Assembly: GCA_017458675.1 (NCBI GenBank)
Contig: JAFTAM010000016.1
Coordinates: 15 to 64,014, forward strand
Reading direction: 5' to 3'
DNA length: 64,000 nucleotides
Origin: a bacterium
Lineage (GTDB): Bacteria > Vulcanimicrobiota > Xenobia > Xenobiales > Xenobiaceae
Position 1 is the first letter of the stretch. The number at the start of each line of letters is the position of its first letter. Under the pieces are notes generated by a model that ran no database searches, was not told the origin of the DNA, and saw only the letters and a program-made list of their open reading frames with translations. The position numbers and the translations under genes were made by a program. This document shows positions 19,413 through 28,790 of this stretch, one piece after another.

Positions 19413-21398
19413 TCAGCTCCTATGAAACAGCCGCTCCAGCATGCTCTGTTCCAATATAATGCGGGTGGGACGGCCGTGAGGACAGTAGCGGGAATGTTCG
19501 ACCCTGAGCATATCGTTGACCAAAGCGCTCATAGCCTCCATGGACAGGACCTCGCCGGCCCTTACCGAGGCCTTGCAGCTGGCCATAGCCCTGACCTTTT
19601 CCCTGAGATTTTCTGCCGCCGTTCTTCTTACCGACAGCTTTTCCTGAGCCAGTTCCTCGATAAGCTCCTTAAAAGCGGCGGCCGCCTTCTTAAAGGGCAG
19701 CGCTGCCGGGACGCCTCTGACGATAACTTTGCCCCGGCCAAAGCCTTCGGCTTCATAACCGAACTCCTTGAAAAGCTGCGCATTTTCTTCCAGAAAGGCT
19801 TCTGCAGACGGAGTAATTTCAAAAATTTCCGGGATCAAAAGTCCCTGCGAACGCTCGCTCAAAATGCGGATATCCCGAAAGCGCTCATAATTAATGCGCT
19901 CCTGAGCGGTGTGCTGATCGACGAGCCAGAGTTTTCCTTCCATTATGCCTACTATGAAGGTCCGATAAACTTGACCCAACACCTTAAAAGGCGCCCCAGA
20001 GCTTTCATTAAAGCCCTCCAGCAAGGATTGACCGGCAGCGCGGGAGGCGGTGGAAAAGACCGCGCTCACATCGGCCAAAGCGGCGGAATTTCTTTCCGCA
20101 GAACCGGCGGCGCATTTTTCCGGCCCTTCAGCATTATTTTCCCTGAAACCGTCTTCGCTTAGAGAAATATCTTCAGAACAGCTCCGATCTTCCGAAACGC
20201 CGTCCAAGCTCCGGACGTCGGGCTCGGCAGTTCTCGGCTCAGGAACTCCTATACCGGCAAAAACCGGGCCGTCTGATTTCTGTTCCGCAGCCTCTGTAAA
20301 GCTCTCAACTTCAGATTCAAAGCCAGCGGCTTCAGAGTTCGGCCTCGAATTCTCCGTCTCATGACTGCGCTTTTCCAGAAAAGCAAAATGCTTTTCCAAT
20401 ACGCTGTCAGCGCCGGCATTTTCCAGAGCTTCGCGAACCGCGTGATAAACCGCCGAAAAGACCGGACGGGGATCGGCAAAGCGCACCTCGAGCTTAGTGG
20501 GATGGACGTTGACGTCGACAAAAGCAGGATCTACGCTCAGACGAATCATCCCCATAGGGAAGCGTCCGCGCTCGATCAGAGGCTCAAAAGCCTCGGAAAG
20601 CGCCTGAGAAAGATTCTGAGAACGAATAATTCTCCCGTTCATAACAAAAAGCTGACAGCTGCGCGTCGTCCTGCTGAACTGAGGACGCACTATAAAGCCG
20701 TCTGCACTCACTCCGCCGCCGCGTCCCATAACCGGAATAAAGGCGCCTGCTTCCAGCTTCCACAAAACGGCCAGACGTCGGTCCGAAGTCATGCCGGAGC
20801 TGAAATTAAATACTTCTTTATCATTGGAAAGCAGCTGAAAAGCCACTTCGGGCCAAGCGGCGGCCATGCGTCCGACCAGCTCGGTAATCTGCGCCGCTTC
20901 GGCGCCGGCAGAGCGCAGAAACTTCAGACGCGCCGGAGTATTGAAAAAGAGATCTCTAACTGTAATGCTCGTTCCCGGAGCCGCCGCAGCCGGAACGATG
21001 CGGGGCTCTTCCGGGCCCGCCATAGTCAGCTTATGACCTTCCAAGGCGCCGGCAAGCGAGCTTTTGATTTCCAGGCGGGAAACCGCCGCGATGCTGGGCA
21101 GAGCCTCGCCGCGAAAGCCCAGCGTGTAGAGATTATCCAAATCCTCCCAGGCGGCAATTTTGGAAGTTGCAAAGCGCTGCACGGCCATCTGCATATCGTC
21201 CGCGCTCATTCCGCAGCCGTCATCGGCGACTTTGATATAAGTCCTGCCGCCCTCGCGGATAGAAACGGAAATGCGGCCGGCGGCGGCGTCCAACGCGTTT
21301 TCCAAAAGTTCCTTGACGACAGACGCGGGACGGTCAACAACCTCGCCGGCGGCTATGCGTTCCGCCACCTTCTTATCTAAAAGACGAACCTTATTCAA
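19413..21398 (-). CDS. mutL: DNA mismatch repair protein MutL
   Basis: N-terminal GHKL ATPase signature KIAAGEVVDRPASVVKELLENALDA; 661 aa with C-terminal dimerisation domain. Confidence 0.9.
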   Translation of the reverse strand: MNKVRLLDKKVAERIAAGEVVDRPASVVKELLENALDAAAGRISVSIREGGRTYIKVADDGCGMSADDMQMAVQRFATSKIAAWEDLDNLYTLGFRGEALPSIAAVSRLEIKSSLAGALEGHKLTMAGPEEPRIVPAAAAPGTSITVRDLFFNTPARLKFLRSAGAEAAQITELVGRMAAAWPEVAFQLLSNDKEVFNFSSGMTSDRRLAVLWKLEAGAFIPVMGRGGGVSADGFIVRPQFSRTTRSCQLFVMNGRIIRSQNLSQALSEAFEPLIERGRFPMGMIRLSVDPAFVDVNVHPTKLEVRFADPRPVFSAVYHAVREALENAGADSVLEKHFAFLEKRSHETENSRPNSEAAGFESEVESFTEAAEQKSDGPVFAGIGVPEPRTAEPDVRSLDGVSEDRSCSEDISLSEDGFRENNAEGPEKCAAGSAERNSAALADVSAVFSTASRAAGQSLLEGFNESSGAPFKVLGQVYRTFIVGIMEGKLWLVDQHTAQERINYERFRDIRILSERSQGLLIPEIFEITPSAEAFLEENAQLFKEFGYEAEGFGRGKVIVRGVPAALPFKKAAAAFKELIEELAQEKLSVRRTAAENLREKVRAMASCKASVRAGEVLSMEAMSALVNDMLRVEHSRYCPHGRPTRIILEQSMLERLFHRS

Positions 21399-21410
21399 TT
21401 CTTACTGCCT

Positions 21411-22232
21411 TTACTCCGACTGCAATTCATCGACGCGCACAAAGCTGAAGCCGCGCTCTCTGAGCTTTTCAATAATGACCGGCAGAGCCAAAACCGTCTG
21501 CGTACGGTCTCCGCCGCCGTCGTGCAGAAGCACGATATCGCCGTACTGGGCGTCATTGACTACCCGCTCGATAATGACCTCTTCTCCGGGGAGCTGCCAG
21601 TCGCGGGGCCAGTTAGACCAGAGCACTACCTGCTGTCCCAGGCTGTAGGCCTGGCGCAGGGTCCAGGGATAACGCATTCCGTAAGGAGGGCGGATAAAGC
21701 GGCAGGGCTCGCCGGAAACGCGGCTCACCGCCTCAATGCCGCGGCGTATCTGATCCAGCGATTCAGCCGGGGTACAAGCCATGAGATTTTTGTGGGAAAA
21801 GCTGTGGCTGCCCAGCAGGTGGCCTTCAGCTTTAATTCTGCAGATAAGCTCCGGATAAAGCAGAGCGTTTTCGCCCACGCAGAAAAAAGTGGCCTTAATA
21901 TTTTCCCGAGCCAAAATATCCAGAATTTTCGGAGTATTGTCGGGATGAGGGCCGTCGTCGAAGGTAAAGGCAAATTTCGGCTCGCTGCGGCTTCCGTGCG
22001 AAATAACTGGACCGTATAAGGAGGAGCGGAAATTGACGCAGGGCTCCAGCGCCGCCCCCAAAGCCAGACAAGCCGCATATCCGCCGCCCAAGAGCTTCAA
22101 GGTTCTAAATTTTGAAGGCAGCAGAGACCAAAGGCCCAAGGCTATGGCGCCCGTTCCCAAAACATAAGCCGTATGATAGTTTTCATGAACCCAATTGCGG
22201 AGCTTGTCATAACCGAAATCCATACTTTGCAT
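21411..22232 (-). CDS. Polysaccharide deacetylase (NodB homology domain) family protein, membrane-anchored
   Basis: NodB motif FTFDDGPHPDNTPKILDIL...ATFFCVG; N-terminal TM helices. Confidence 0.85.
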   Translation of the reverse strand: MQSMDFGYDKLRNWVHENYHTAYVLGTGAIALGLWSLLPSKFRTLKLLGGGYAACLALGAALEPCVNFRSSLYGPVISHGSRSEPKFAFTFDDGPHPDNTPKILDILARENIKATFFCVGENALLYPELICRIKAEGHLLGSHSFSHKNLMACTPAESLDQIRRGIEAVSRVSGEPCRFIRPPYGMRYPWTLRQAYSLGQQVVLWSNWPRDWQLPGEEVIIERVVNDAQYGDIVLLHDGGGDRTQTVLALPVIIEKLRERGFSFVRVDELQSE

Positions 22233-22471
22233 CCTTCCGTTTCCCGTTCGTCACTTTTGAAAATTAAACCAGCCCTTACATATCTCCGCACAATAGCCGT
22301 ACAGACAGAGAAAGCGCCGAGTCAATGGCTATTATACAAAAATACGCGCAAAAAATACAGGCAGAGCAGCCAATCTAAGCTGCCTTCAGCCTGTTTTGCA
22401 GAAATAATCGGGACGCCAAAAATGCGCTGCAGCTTTAAGCTCCGCTGAAGGCGCGGTCATCATACGCCTCA

Positions 22472-22875
22472 CTGCCGGCAAATTAAGCAAAAACAGCTTT
22501 AAGCATACACGCTTTACACAGGTTCTGTTCTGCACAGGAGCGAGCGTCTTAGCTAAATGCAGCCGCGGAACGAAGCGCAGAACAAAATCGACATAACAAA
22601 AAACTACTGTCGGTAAGTAAAGGAAAAACAAGCTTTTTGCGTACATGCTTAATAAAGGTTTTCTTTGACGCGTACGCGGAGATTCGAGCACAGCTTCGCG
22701 CGGAGCGGCAGCGACAAGAAAACCGGCATAGCGAAACAAGCAGAACATGATTGATAGATTCTTCGCAGCGCTCCCTGCGGCAGGAGAAGCGTTTACAAGC
22801 ATAATGCAGAGATGCTGCCGTGCCATATTCGGCGAAAGACAGTCTTAACTTAAGAATATTGTCATACGCCGCTGC
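22472..22875. repeat. Tandem pair of intergenic repeat elements (copy C 22472-22606, copy B 22607-22875)
   Basis: ctgccggcaaattaagcaaaaacagcttt and ctgtcggtaagtaaaggaaaaacaagcttttt both resemble the copy A 5' end; B is ~85% identical to A over ~260 bp. Confidence 0.6.
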
Positions 22876-22968
22876 GCCCATGTTAATCCTGAGCGCTCGT
22901 ATTATGAGCAGGAGAAAATACCGACCTGCCCCGCTGACCGTCAAACGAAGGCAATGATATAAACCGGC

Positions 22969-23955
22969 TCAGGAAGAGCAACCCTTCCAAAGGCGCCGAT
23001 AAAGCTGACGGTGCGGCGGGGCCAGCTCTGCCAAAACCCGATTTTCAGCCTGAAAGCGGGCCAGAGCATATCTGTCCATACAGAGCTCTCTTTCTCTCCC
23101 TGTATCGGTCCCGCTTTCCGCTGTAAGACGCGCCTCGGCGGCATGGGCAAAATCCTCCTGGCATATCCGTCCGCTGCGGACTCCGAAATAGAATTGAGAA
23201 AAATCTGTTTCATTGAGCGGCGAAGCGTATTTATAGCCTCTGCCCACGTACATGGGAGCCGCTCTGAGGCCGCAGTCCAGCTGAGCGTCCAGAAGCTCGT
23301 ACCAGACCGCAAGGCTTTGCATATCGACGCTGCAGCCGCCCCGCTGCAGCAAATAGAAGCGTTCAAGATATTCAATTCTCTTCCATAGAGCCAAAGCCTG
23401 ACTGCGGCAGCACTGAGGACTCTGAAAATAGCGGTAGGCCTTCTCAGTTACCGTGAGGCGCAGACCTGACGCCCTGTCGGCAGGAACGCTTATCAGCCCT
23501 TTCCGCTGCAGCCAGGCGGAAGCCTCGGCGCATAAATTGCCGATTTTCGCTTTAAATAACCGATTATACATACCTTCAGCCATATTTCTGAGCTTCTGCA
23601 GCGTCAGGAAATAGATAATTTTATTGACGACATATGAGATTCTGCACGGCTTAAGGATGCAGAAATCAATATGCTGAAATTTGTGTTTCAGTTCGCCCGG
23701 AGACGTGGAAGCCGTCAAAACTAAGTTCCTGCGCCGAGGATATTTTCGGCCGCTTTCCTCCAGCAGCCGCAGCTGCGAAAGTCCCCTGCAGGCTAAATCC
23801 CATAAAACCAGAGTGTAGCTTTTTTGAAAAAGATGCTTTTTTAAGGACGCTGAATCGCAGCCGGAAACGGCCGCGCGCACTCCCCTGCCTTGCAGAGCTC
23901 TGCAGAGCATAGAGTTAAAAAGTTCATCTTCGCTGAACAGACATACTGAAAACAT
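22969..23955 (-). CDS. Hypothetical protein with N-terminal receiver(REC)-like domain and uncharacterised C-terminal domain
   Basis: REC-like landmarks SED (acidic pocket), LVLWD (phospho-Asp position), VLTAS (Thr), ILKP (Lys); no known output domain recognised. Confidence 0.5.
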   Translation of the reverse strand: MFSVCLFSEDELFNSMLCRALQGRGVRAAVSGCDSASLKKHLFQKSYTLVLWDLACRGLSQLRLLEESGRKYPRRRNLVLTASTSPGELKHKFQHIDFCILKPCRISYVVNKIIYFLTLQKLRNMAEGMYNRLFKAKIGNLCAEASAWLQRKGLISVPADRASGLRLTVTEKAYRYFQSPQCCRSQALALWKRIEYLERFYLLQRGGCSVDMQSLAVWYELLDAQLDCGLRAAPMYVGRGYKYASPLNETDFSQFYFGVRSGRICQEDFAHAAEARLTAESGTDTGRERELCMDRYALARFQAENRVLAELAPPHRQLYRRLWKGCSS

Positions 23956-23985
23956 ACCCCTCCTAATAGAGGCCCGTACAGGCCT

Positions 23986-25014
23986 CTATCCGATATTGTT
24001 TATACAACTGTATAAAGGCAGAAAAAGTCCCAGCAGAACCAGACCGATAAAACCGCCCATAACCGTGAGTATCGCCGGTTCCAGACAACTGTAGAGGCTG
24101 TCTATGCTGCAGCGGCTCTGCTCGTTATAGACCTTTGACAAATTTTTCAGCATAGCCTCCAAACTGCTGCTTTCAGAGGCTACCCGCATCGCCGCGATAA
24201 ATTTTACGGAAAAATATCCGGAAAGCTGCATGGCCTCAGGCAGATCGCCGCCTTCCTTCAGCTCCGCCGCCGTCTCCTCCAGGGCCTGCGCCAATGGGTA
24301 ATTGGCCAGGGACATGCCGGTTAAATGCAGAGCCGAGACCAAAGAGAGACCGCTTTTTACCATCAGAGCCAACACCCGGCAGAAGCGCGCCATTACAACC
24401 GCTTTAGCCAGATTGCCTATTACCGGCAGAGTCAAAACGTATTTCTGCAGAGTCCAGACAGACTGCGGAGTCATAAAATAGAATTTAACGCTTATCAGCA
24501 GAACCGCAGAGCAGACAAAAAGCAGCTTTATAAACCAGCCGCTGCGCAGCAGGGATACCGCCGCGATCAGCAGCTTAGTCAAAATCGGCAATTCCTGAGA
24601 AGAAGACTCAAAAATCGGCACAAACGCCGGAAAGACATGAGTTACGGTTAAAATCATCAGAGACAGCATCGCCAGAATCAGAATAATCGGATACTGCAGA
24701 GCCGCTTTCAGACGGCGCTTTAAGTTCAGCTCAAACTCATACAAATCGCCCAGATGGATAAGCAGCTCGGCCAAAGAACACGAGCTCTCCCCGGCCTGCA
24801 TAATTCCTATTTCCAAAAGAGAAAAATCTTCCGGCCAGGCGCTGCAGGCCTGCGAAAGCACGCTTCCTTCAGAAACCGCTCGGCCGACTTCAATCCAAAC
24901 CCGCTTCCTTCTGGATGAAACGCACATCTCAGCCGCAGCCTCTAAAGCTCTGACGATAGGAACGCCTGAATTGAGCATAACTCCCAGTTGACGGTACAAA
25001 AATACACGCTCCAT
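23986..25014 (-). CDS. Type II secretion / type IV pilus platform protein, GspF/PilC family (two T2SSF domains)
   Basis: Polytopic membrane protein with duplicated T2SSF-like segments. Start placed at internal Met (MERVFLYRQLGV) to avoid a 124-bp overlap with the upstream gene; six-frame ORF extends to 25140. Confidence 0.7.
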   Translation of the reverse strand: MERVFLYRQLGVMLNSGVPIVRALEAAAEMCVSSRRKRVWIEVGRAVSEGSVLSQACSAWPEDFSLLEIGIMQAGESSCSLAELLIHLGDLYEFELNLKRRLKAALQYPIILILAMLSLMILTVTHVFPAFVPIFESSSQELPILTKLLIAAVSLLRSGWFIKLLFVCSAVLLISVKFYFMTPQSVWTLQKYVLTLPVIGNLAKAVVMARFCRVLALMVKSGLSLVSALHLTGMSLANYPLAQALEETAAELKEGGDLPEAMQLSGYFSVKFIAAMRVASESSSLEAMLKNLSKVYNEQSRCSIDSLYSCLEPAILTVMGGFIGLVLLGLFLPLYSCINNIG

Positions 25015-25016
25015 AC

Positions 25017-26303
25017 CTACCTCCAATCCAGCTCGGAAAGGCAAGCCGCGCTCAGCGTTCCGTCCGCTTTGGGAACGGCCAGCCAAAGGCCGCCGGCAAC
25101 CGTATTGATATACAGCCTGCTGTTGCAGGGATCGACACAAAGTCCTCCGGGCGCAGCCTTTCTCAGCTTCTCGGGAAGCTTTAATCTCTGCCAGACCGGC
25201 TTAACCGAAACGCCGTTATCTTTGTAAATTACACAGTATAAATAGCTGCTGTCAACGGTATAAATTACCGAGCCCCAGCCGTTGACCGCCACGGCTCTCA
25301 GAATTCCGCAGTCCTTGTAGGGACAGACTATTTTTTCTCCCCAATAGCCGCAGGGTCCGAATTTTTCATAGCTGCCGCCGGGGGGAGCTCCGCCCCAGTA
25401 AGCGGCGCGCAGACGGCGCTCCCGGCCTTCGCACAGCCATAACGTACTGCCGTATTGATCGCAGGCGATGCTGGTGAGATCAGCCAAGGGTTCGGATTTG
25501 CATGTAAAAAAGGTACTGTCTGTCCAGAATGCGATTTTGTTGTCGCGGGAATCGTCTAATACCCACAGGGCTCGGTTGGCTTTATCGGCGCAGAAGACGA
25601 AATTGCCCTCCTTATCGGCGGCTATGCCTGCAAAAACAGGACTATAGCCGTTTTTAGGCTGCGGACATTTATATTTGAAGATCATTTTAAATTTGCCGAT
25701 ATCGCTCAGAATTAACTTGGCCAGATAGCCGCGGCCGCCGTCGGCCAGCCACATTAAACCGGTTCCCGGATGGCCCGCCATAGCCGAGGTGTGCCAGTTC
25801 TCGTCAAAAATTACGCTTTTGAAGCTTAGCAAGCCGTCATACCAATAATTGCGGGCCTGCCAGGTTAAAGGGCCTCCGTCGGCAAAATCTACCTCGCTGT
25901 CATAACAATGCAGGCTCACAGGAGCGCTGCGATCCACGGGACAGAGTTTCCTCAGCGAGCATTTGGGAGAATTCGGCGCCCAGGCTGAAACGGTCAGCAG
26001 ACAGAAATCCTCGGAAAAAGGCTGTCGCTCCGCCCGCCATTTATAAGACGAATATACGCCTTTTCCGAAGCCCTCCTGACTGCCGCCCAAGAGTTTTTCC
26101 GCTCCGAATTGCCATTCCTCCATCTTTTCCTGAGCCAAAAAGGCCGCCGTCGTCGCTTCTTTAGTGGTTCGCGCCGCCCTGGTTCCGAAGGCATACAGAC
26201 TGAACAGATGGGCGCAGGCTATAAACAACAGAGCAAATGCAATAATCAGCTCAAGCAGAGAATAGCCTCTCAGACCTACACGGCAACTGCACATTTTATT
26301 CAT
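25017..26303 (-). CDS. Prepilin-type N-terminal cleavage/methylation domain protein (pseudopilin-like, 428 aa) with large C-terminal beta-rich domain
   Basis: Class III signal peptide GLRG-YSLLELIIAFALLFIA with Glu at +5 after the predicted cleavage Gly. Confidence 0.7.
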   Translation of the reverse strand: MNKMCSCRVGLRGYSLLELIIAFALLFIACAHLFSLYAFGTRAARTTKEATTAAFLAQEKMEEWQFGAEKLLGGSQEGFGKGVYSSYKWRAERQPFSEDFCLLTVSAWAPNSPKCSLRKLCPVDRSAPVSLHCYDSEVDFADGGPLTWQARNYWYDGLLSFKSVIFDENWHTSAMAGHPGTGLMWLADGGRGYLAKLILSDIGKFKMIFKYKCPQPKNGYSPVFAGIAADKEGNFVFCADKANRALWVLDDSRDNKIAFWTDSTFFTCKSEPLADLTSIACDQYGSTLWLCEGRERRLRAAYWGGAPPGGSYEKFGPCGYWGEKIVCPYKDCGILRAVAVNGWGSVIYTVDSSYLYCVIYKDNGVSVKPVWQRLKLPEKLRKAAPGGLCVDPCNSRLYINTVAGGLWLAVPKADGTLSAACLSELDWR

Positions 26304-27027
26304 CCCCCTTTACCTGCACCTGCGTGCGCAGTATAACGCCTCCGTCATTGCCGCGGCTTTGACCGCCCTTCAGACTGAAAGCGGCAGAAGCGCCCCGCAA
26401 TTCCAAATCCACATAGAGCCTGCCGCCTCTGGCCATTCGATTCAAAGACGAAATGCCGATATAACTGATATTCCGGCTCAGCAGCCTTTCGGAAGCGACG
26501 CAGTCTTTTCGGTTGAGAGAAGAAGCGCTGGCCTTAAAGCCGGATTTATAAACAACCCTATAAAGACATTTATCTCTGCAGTTCCATTTCAATCCGATTA
26601 CCTGAGGATTTTTGCCATCTGCCGCCCGCCGCTGATAGACAAAATTAAAATTGCTGTCAGGCCTGCTGGCAAAAGAGCAGCCCTCTCCCCATTTCTGAGC
26701 CGTAACCGAAGCGGGCCACAGCACCTTGCCGCACCAGCGCAGCTCACGGCTGAGACGGTCGGCGGCCGAAGCCAAATCGCGAAATTGCTGCGTATCAGAC
26801 ACGCTTTCATTGTTAGTGCGCACCGAAGCGGAGGTCAGCTCTCCCACCAAGCCGGTTATCATTAAAAAAAGGCTGCAGACAATTAAAATCTCAGGAAGGG
26901 TATGGCCTGCAGAATTACGTCCCGACGCAGACAGCAATGCTCTGCGCCCGCAGAATTCTGCAGCTGAACCTCTCAGAATGTTACGGCATAAAATCGTCCT
27001 GATATATTCCATAATCCCACCCCTCAT
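26296..27027 (-). CDS. Prepilin-type N-terminal cleavage/methylation domain protein (pseudopilin-like)
   Basis: SAG-HTLPEILIVCSLFLMITGLV with Glu+5; true start probably an internal non-ATG codon (ORF leader too long). Confidence 0.6.
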   Translation of the reverse strand: MRGGIMEYIRTILCRNILRGSAAEFCGRRALLSASGRNSAGHTLPEILIVCSLFLMITGLVGELTSASVRTNNESVSDTQQFRDLASAADRLSRELRWCGKVLWPASVTAQKWGEGCSFASRPDSNFNFVYQRRAADGKNPQVIGLKWNCRDKCLYRVVYKSGFKASASSLNRKDCVASERLLSRNISYIGISSLNRMARGGRLYVDLELRGASAAFSLKGGQSRGNDGGVILRTQVQVKGDE

Positions 27028-27616
27028 TATTGTCGGCCAACAGGCTTCTCACTATGCAGGAATCGCCCTTAACGCTGCTCAAGGTATTGGGCAGCATGCC
27101 TCTAATCTCGATCTGTCCGTTTCTGTTCTTCAAAATCTCAAAGCAGCCGCTGCCATGCTCAGGCACATAAACTCTGGCCCAAATCCGGCTTCCGTCTTTA
27201 CCTCTTTCGGGCGTCGCCAAAGAGTTGCCGGCGGCCCCCGTCAAAGCGGCCAAATTATCGCATGAACCGTAAAAACGAAGGAAGCTTTCTCCCGATTCAG
27301 CCAGGTACCAGGCCTGCATATCGCGCTCCAAGACTCCGTAAAAGCGCCTGTCGGTATGCAGAAGCAGCAGATAAGACGCGCAGACGGTAAACATAACGGT
27401 TATCATCAGCATGGACATAACCAGCATGCCGCCTCTGATGCCGCGGCCGCGCAGGCGGAAAGAAAAGAACGAAGCTGCGCTTCTTCGGCGCGATTGAAAA
27501 TTAAATAATTCTTCTTTAAGAGGCAGTAAAAAATCGGCTCTATTAAAATCCGAATACAAATATGCTGAAAACATATCCCCCCCCAAATAATAAAAATGTA
27601 TTTTTTTCTTTTCCAT
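26981..27616 (-). CDS. Putative minor pseudopilin, GspK-like (hydrophobic N-terminal helix without Glu+5)
   Basis: RGIRGG-MLVMSMLMITVMFTV; position in pseudopilin cluster; true start probably internal. Confidence 0.35.
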   Translation of the reverse strand: MEKKKIHFYYLGGDMFSAYLYSDFNRADFLLPLKEELFNFQSRRRSAASFFSFRLRGRGIRGGMLVMSMLMITVMFTVCASYLLLLHTDRRFYGVLERDMQAWYLAESGESFLRFYGSCDNLAALTGAAGNSLATPERGKDGSRIWARVYVPEHGSGCFEILKNRNGQIEIRGMLPNTLSSVKGDSCIVRSLLADNNEGWDYGIYQDDFMP

Positions 27617-27655
27617 CTGCAGCCCCGATCCTTTTTTGCAGAAATATTTTTTTTG

Positions 27656-28066
27656 TCAGGCGCCTTTGAGAGAGGAAGGAAAACTCCAGCTGATATGAAG
27701 CCGGTCGGATAGGTCCACCAGAGCTTTAATGCGCCGCCGCCACAGCTCCTCGGCCAGATCCAGCGATTCCCTGGCCATACGCAGATATGCTGAACCGCCT
27801 CGGGCGGCGATCCATTTATTCATGCAGCTCAGCAGAGTCTGCAGCGAATCGGCTTCCTTGCGGTAAACGCCCCTCAAAGTCTTTTCCACCTGCGCCCTGC
27901 GGGTGCGTCCGGAAACCTGAGCATACAAACAGTCAAATTCTCTCTGCAGCGACTGACAGCGCTGCTCTATCTCCTCGCTTATGCTCCCCCAGCGCCGGGA
28001 AAGTTCCAAAGGAGTAATTCTTTTGCAGACGGCTTTCTGCAGTAAAACAGGCAAACAGTTAAGCAT
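27656..28066 (-). CDS. Hypothetical protein (136 aa, Arg/Glu-rich, helical)
   Basis: ORF only; first gene of the apparent minus-strand pseudopilin operon. Confidence 0.35.
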   Translation of the reverse strand: MLNCLPVLLQKAVCKRITPLELSRRWGSISEEIEQRCQSLQREFDCLYAQVSGRTRRAQVEKTLRGVYRKEADSLQTLLSCMNKWIAARGGSAYLRMARESLDLAEELWRRRIKALVDLSDRLHISWSFPSSLKGA

Positions 28067-28237
28067 AACGCACCCCCGTATATTCCGAAACGGATAAAGT
28101 TTATGCTCAATAAATAGCAGCTCGTCTGGAAATTATTTAGAAAAATACTGCTCGGCTGACCGATGTCGTTAAGTTAAGAATAAATTTAGCTGAAAATGCG
28201 CGGCAAAATATCTGCGCTATGCTTGCAAACGTTTGAC

Positions 28238-28415
28238 CTGTCATTGAAAGCGCAGCAAAGAATCTTTCAAACATAGTCCGCATGTTAACGATATGTCGGT
28301 TTTCTTTTGCACTTCACTCCGCGGCTGCATCCGGATCGGACGCTCGCTCTTGAGCAGAACAAAACCTGCGTAAAACAGATTTGCTTAAAGATGCTTTTGC
28401 ATAACTTGCCGACAG
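28238..28415. repeat. Complete 178-bp copy of the intergenic repeat element in inverted orientation, termini CTGTCATTG...CCGACAG
   Basis: Reverse complement matches the copy A core and the window-start partial copy; terminal inverted pentamer CTGTC/GACAG. Confidence 0.6.
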
Positions 28416-28790
28416 CGCTCGGCAGACAGGTCATATTGAACGCTGAAGCGGCAGCGGCCGGCAGCGGTCTTGCATATGCTGCTTTGACTGTTTTTATGAA
28501 AGATATCTCATAACAGCCGCGTTACTGCCGCAGCGCACGGACATACCGCTGCAGCGCGGCGTTTCGGAGCTATCGGCAATACTTGCCTGCATAAACTGCA
28601 GGGCGTTTTGCCAGCGCCGGATATTATATGATTGTCCGCTCAGATTCGCCAATGCCGGAATTACAGAGCCTGACAGCCCGGCGCTGCCGGCGCCGGCCGG
28701 GAAGGGCTGAATTGCTCCGCCGAAAATCTGCAAAAAATTTTTTGTAAGCGGCAGGAAAAATCTCAGTCCGCGTATTAAATTTTATATACC

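Noticed and set aside
22386-22944. ORFs 22386-22826 and 22549-22944 (minus) in the deacetylase upstream region
   Set aside because: They fall inside the dispersed repeat copies (which occur in both orientations and as fragments), so coding is implausible.
25015-25140. N-terminal 42-aa extension of the GspF-like ORF overlapping the upstream pseudopilin gene by 124 bp
   Set aside because: Arg-rich and non-conserved; the internal Met directly abuts the upstream stop codon, typical of operon spacing.
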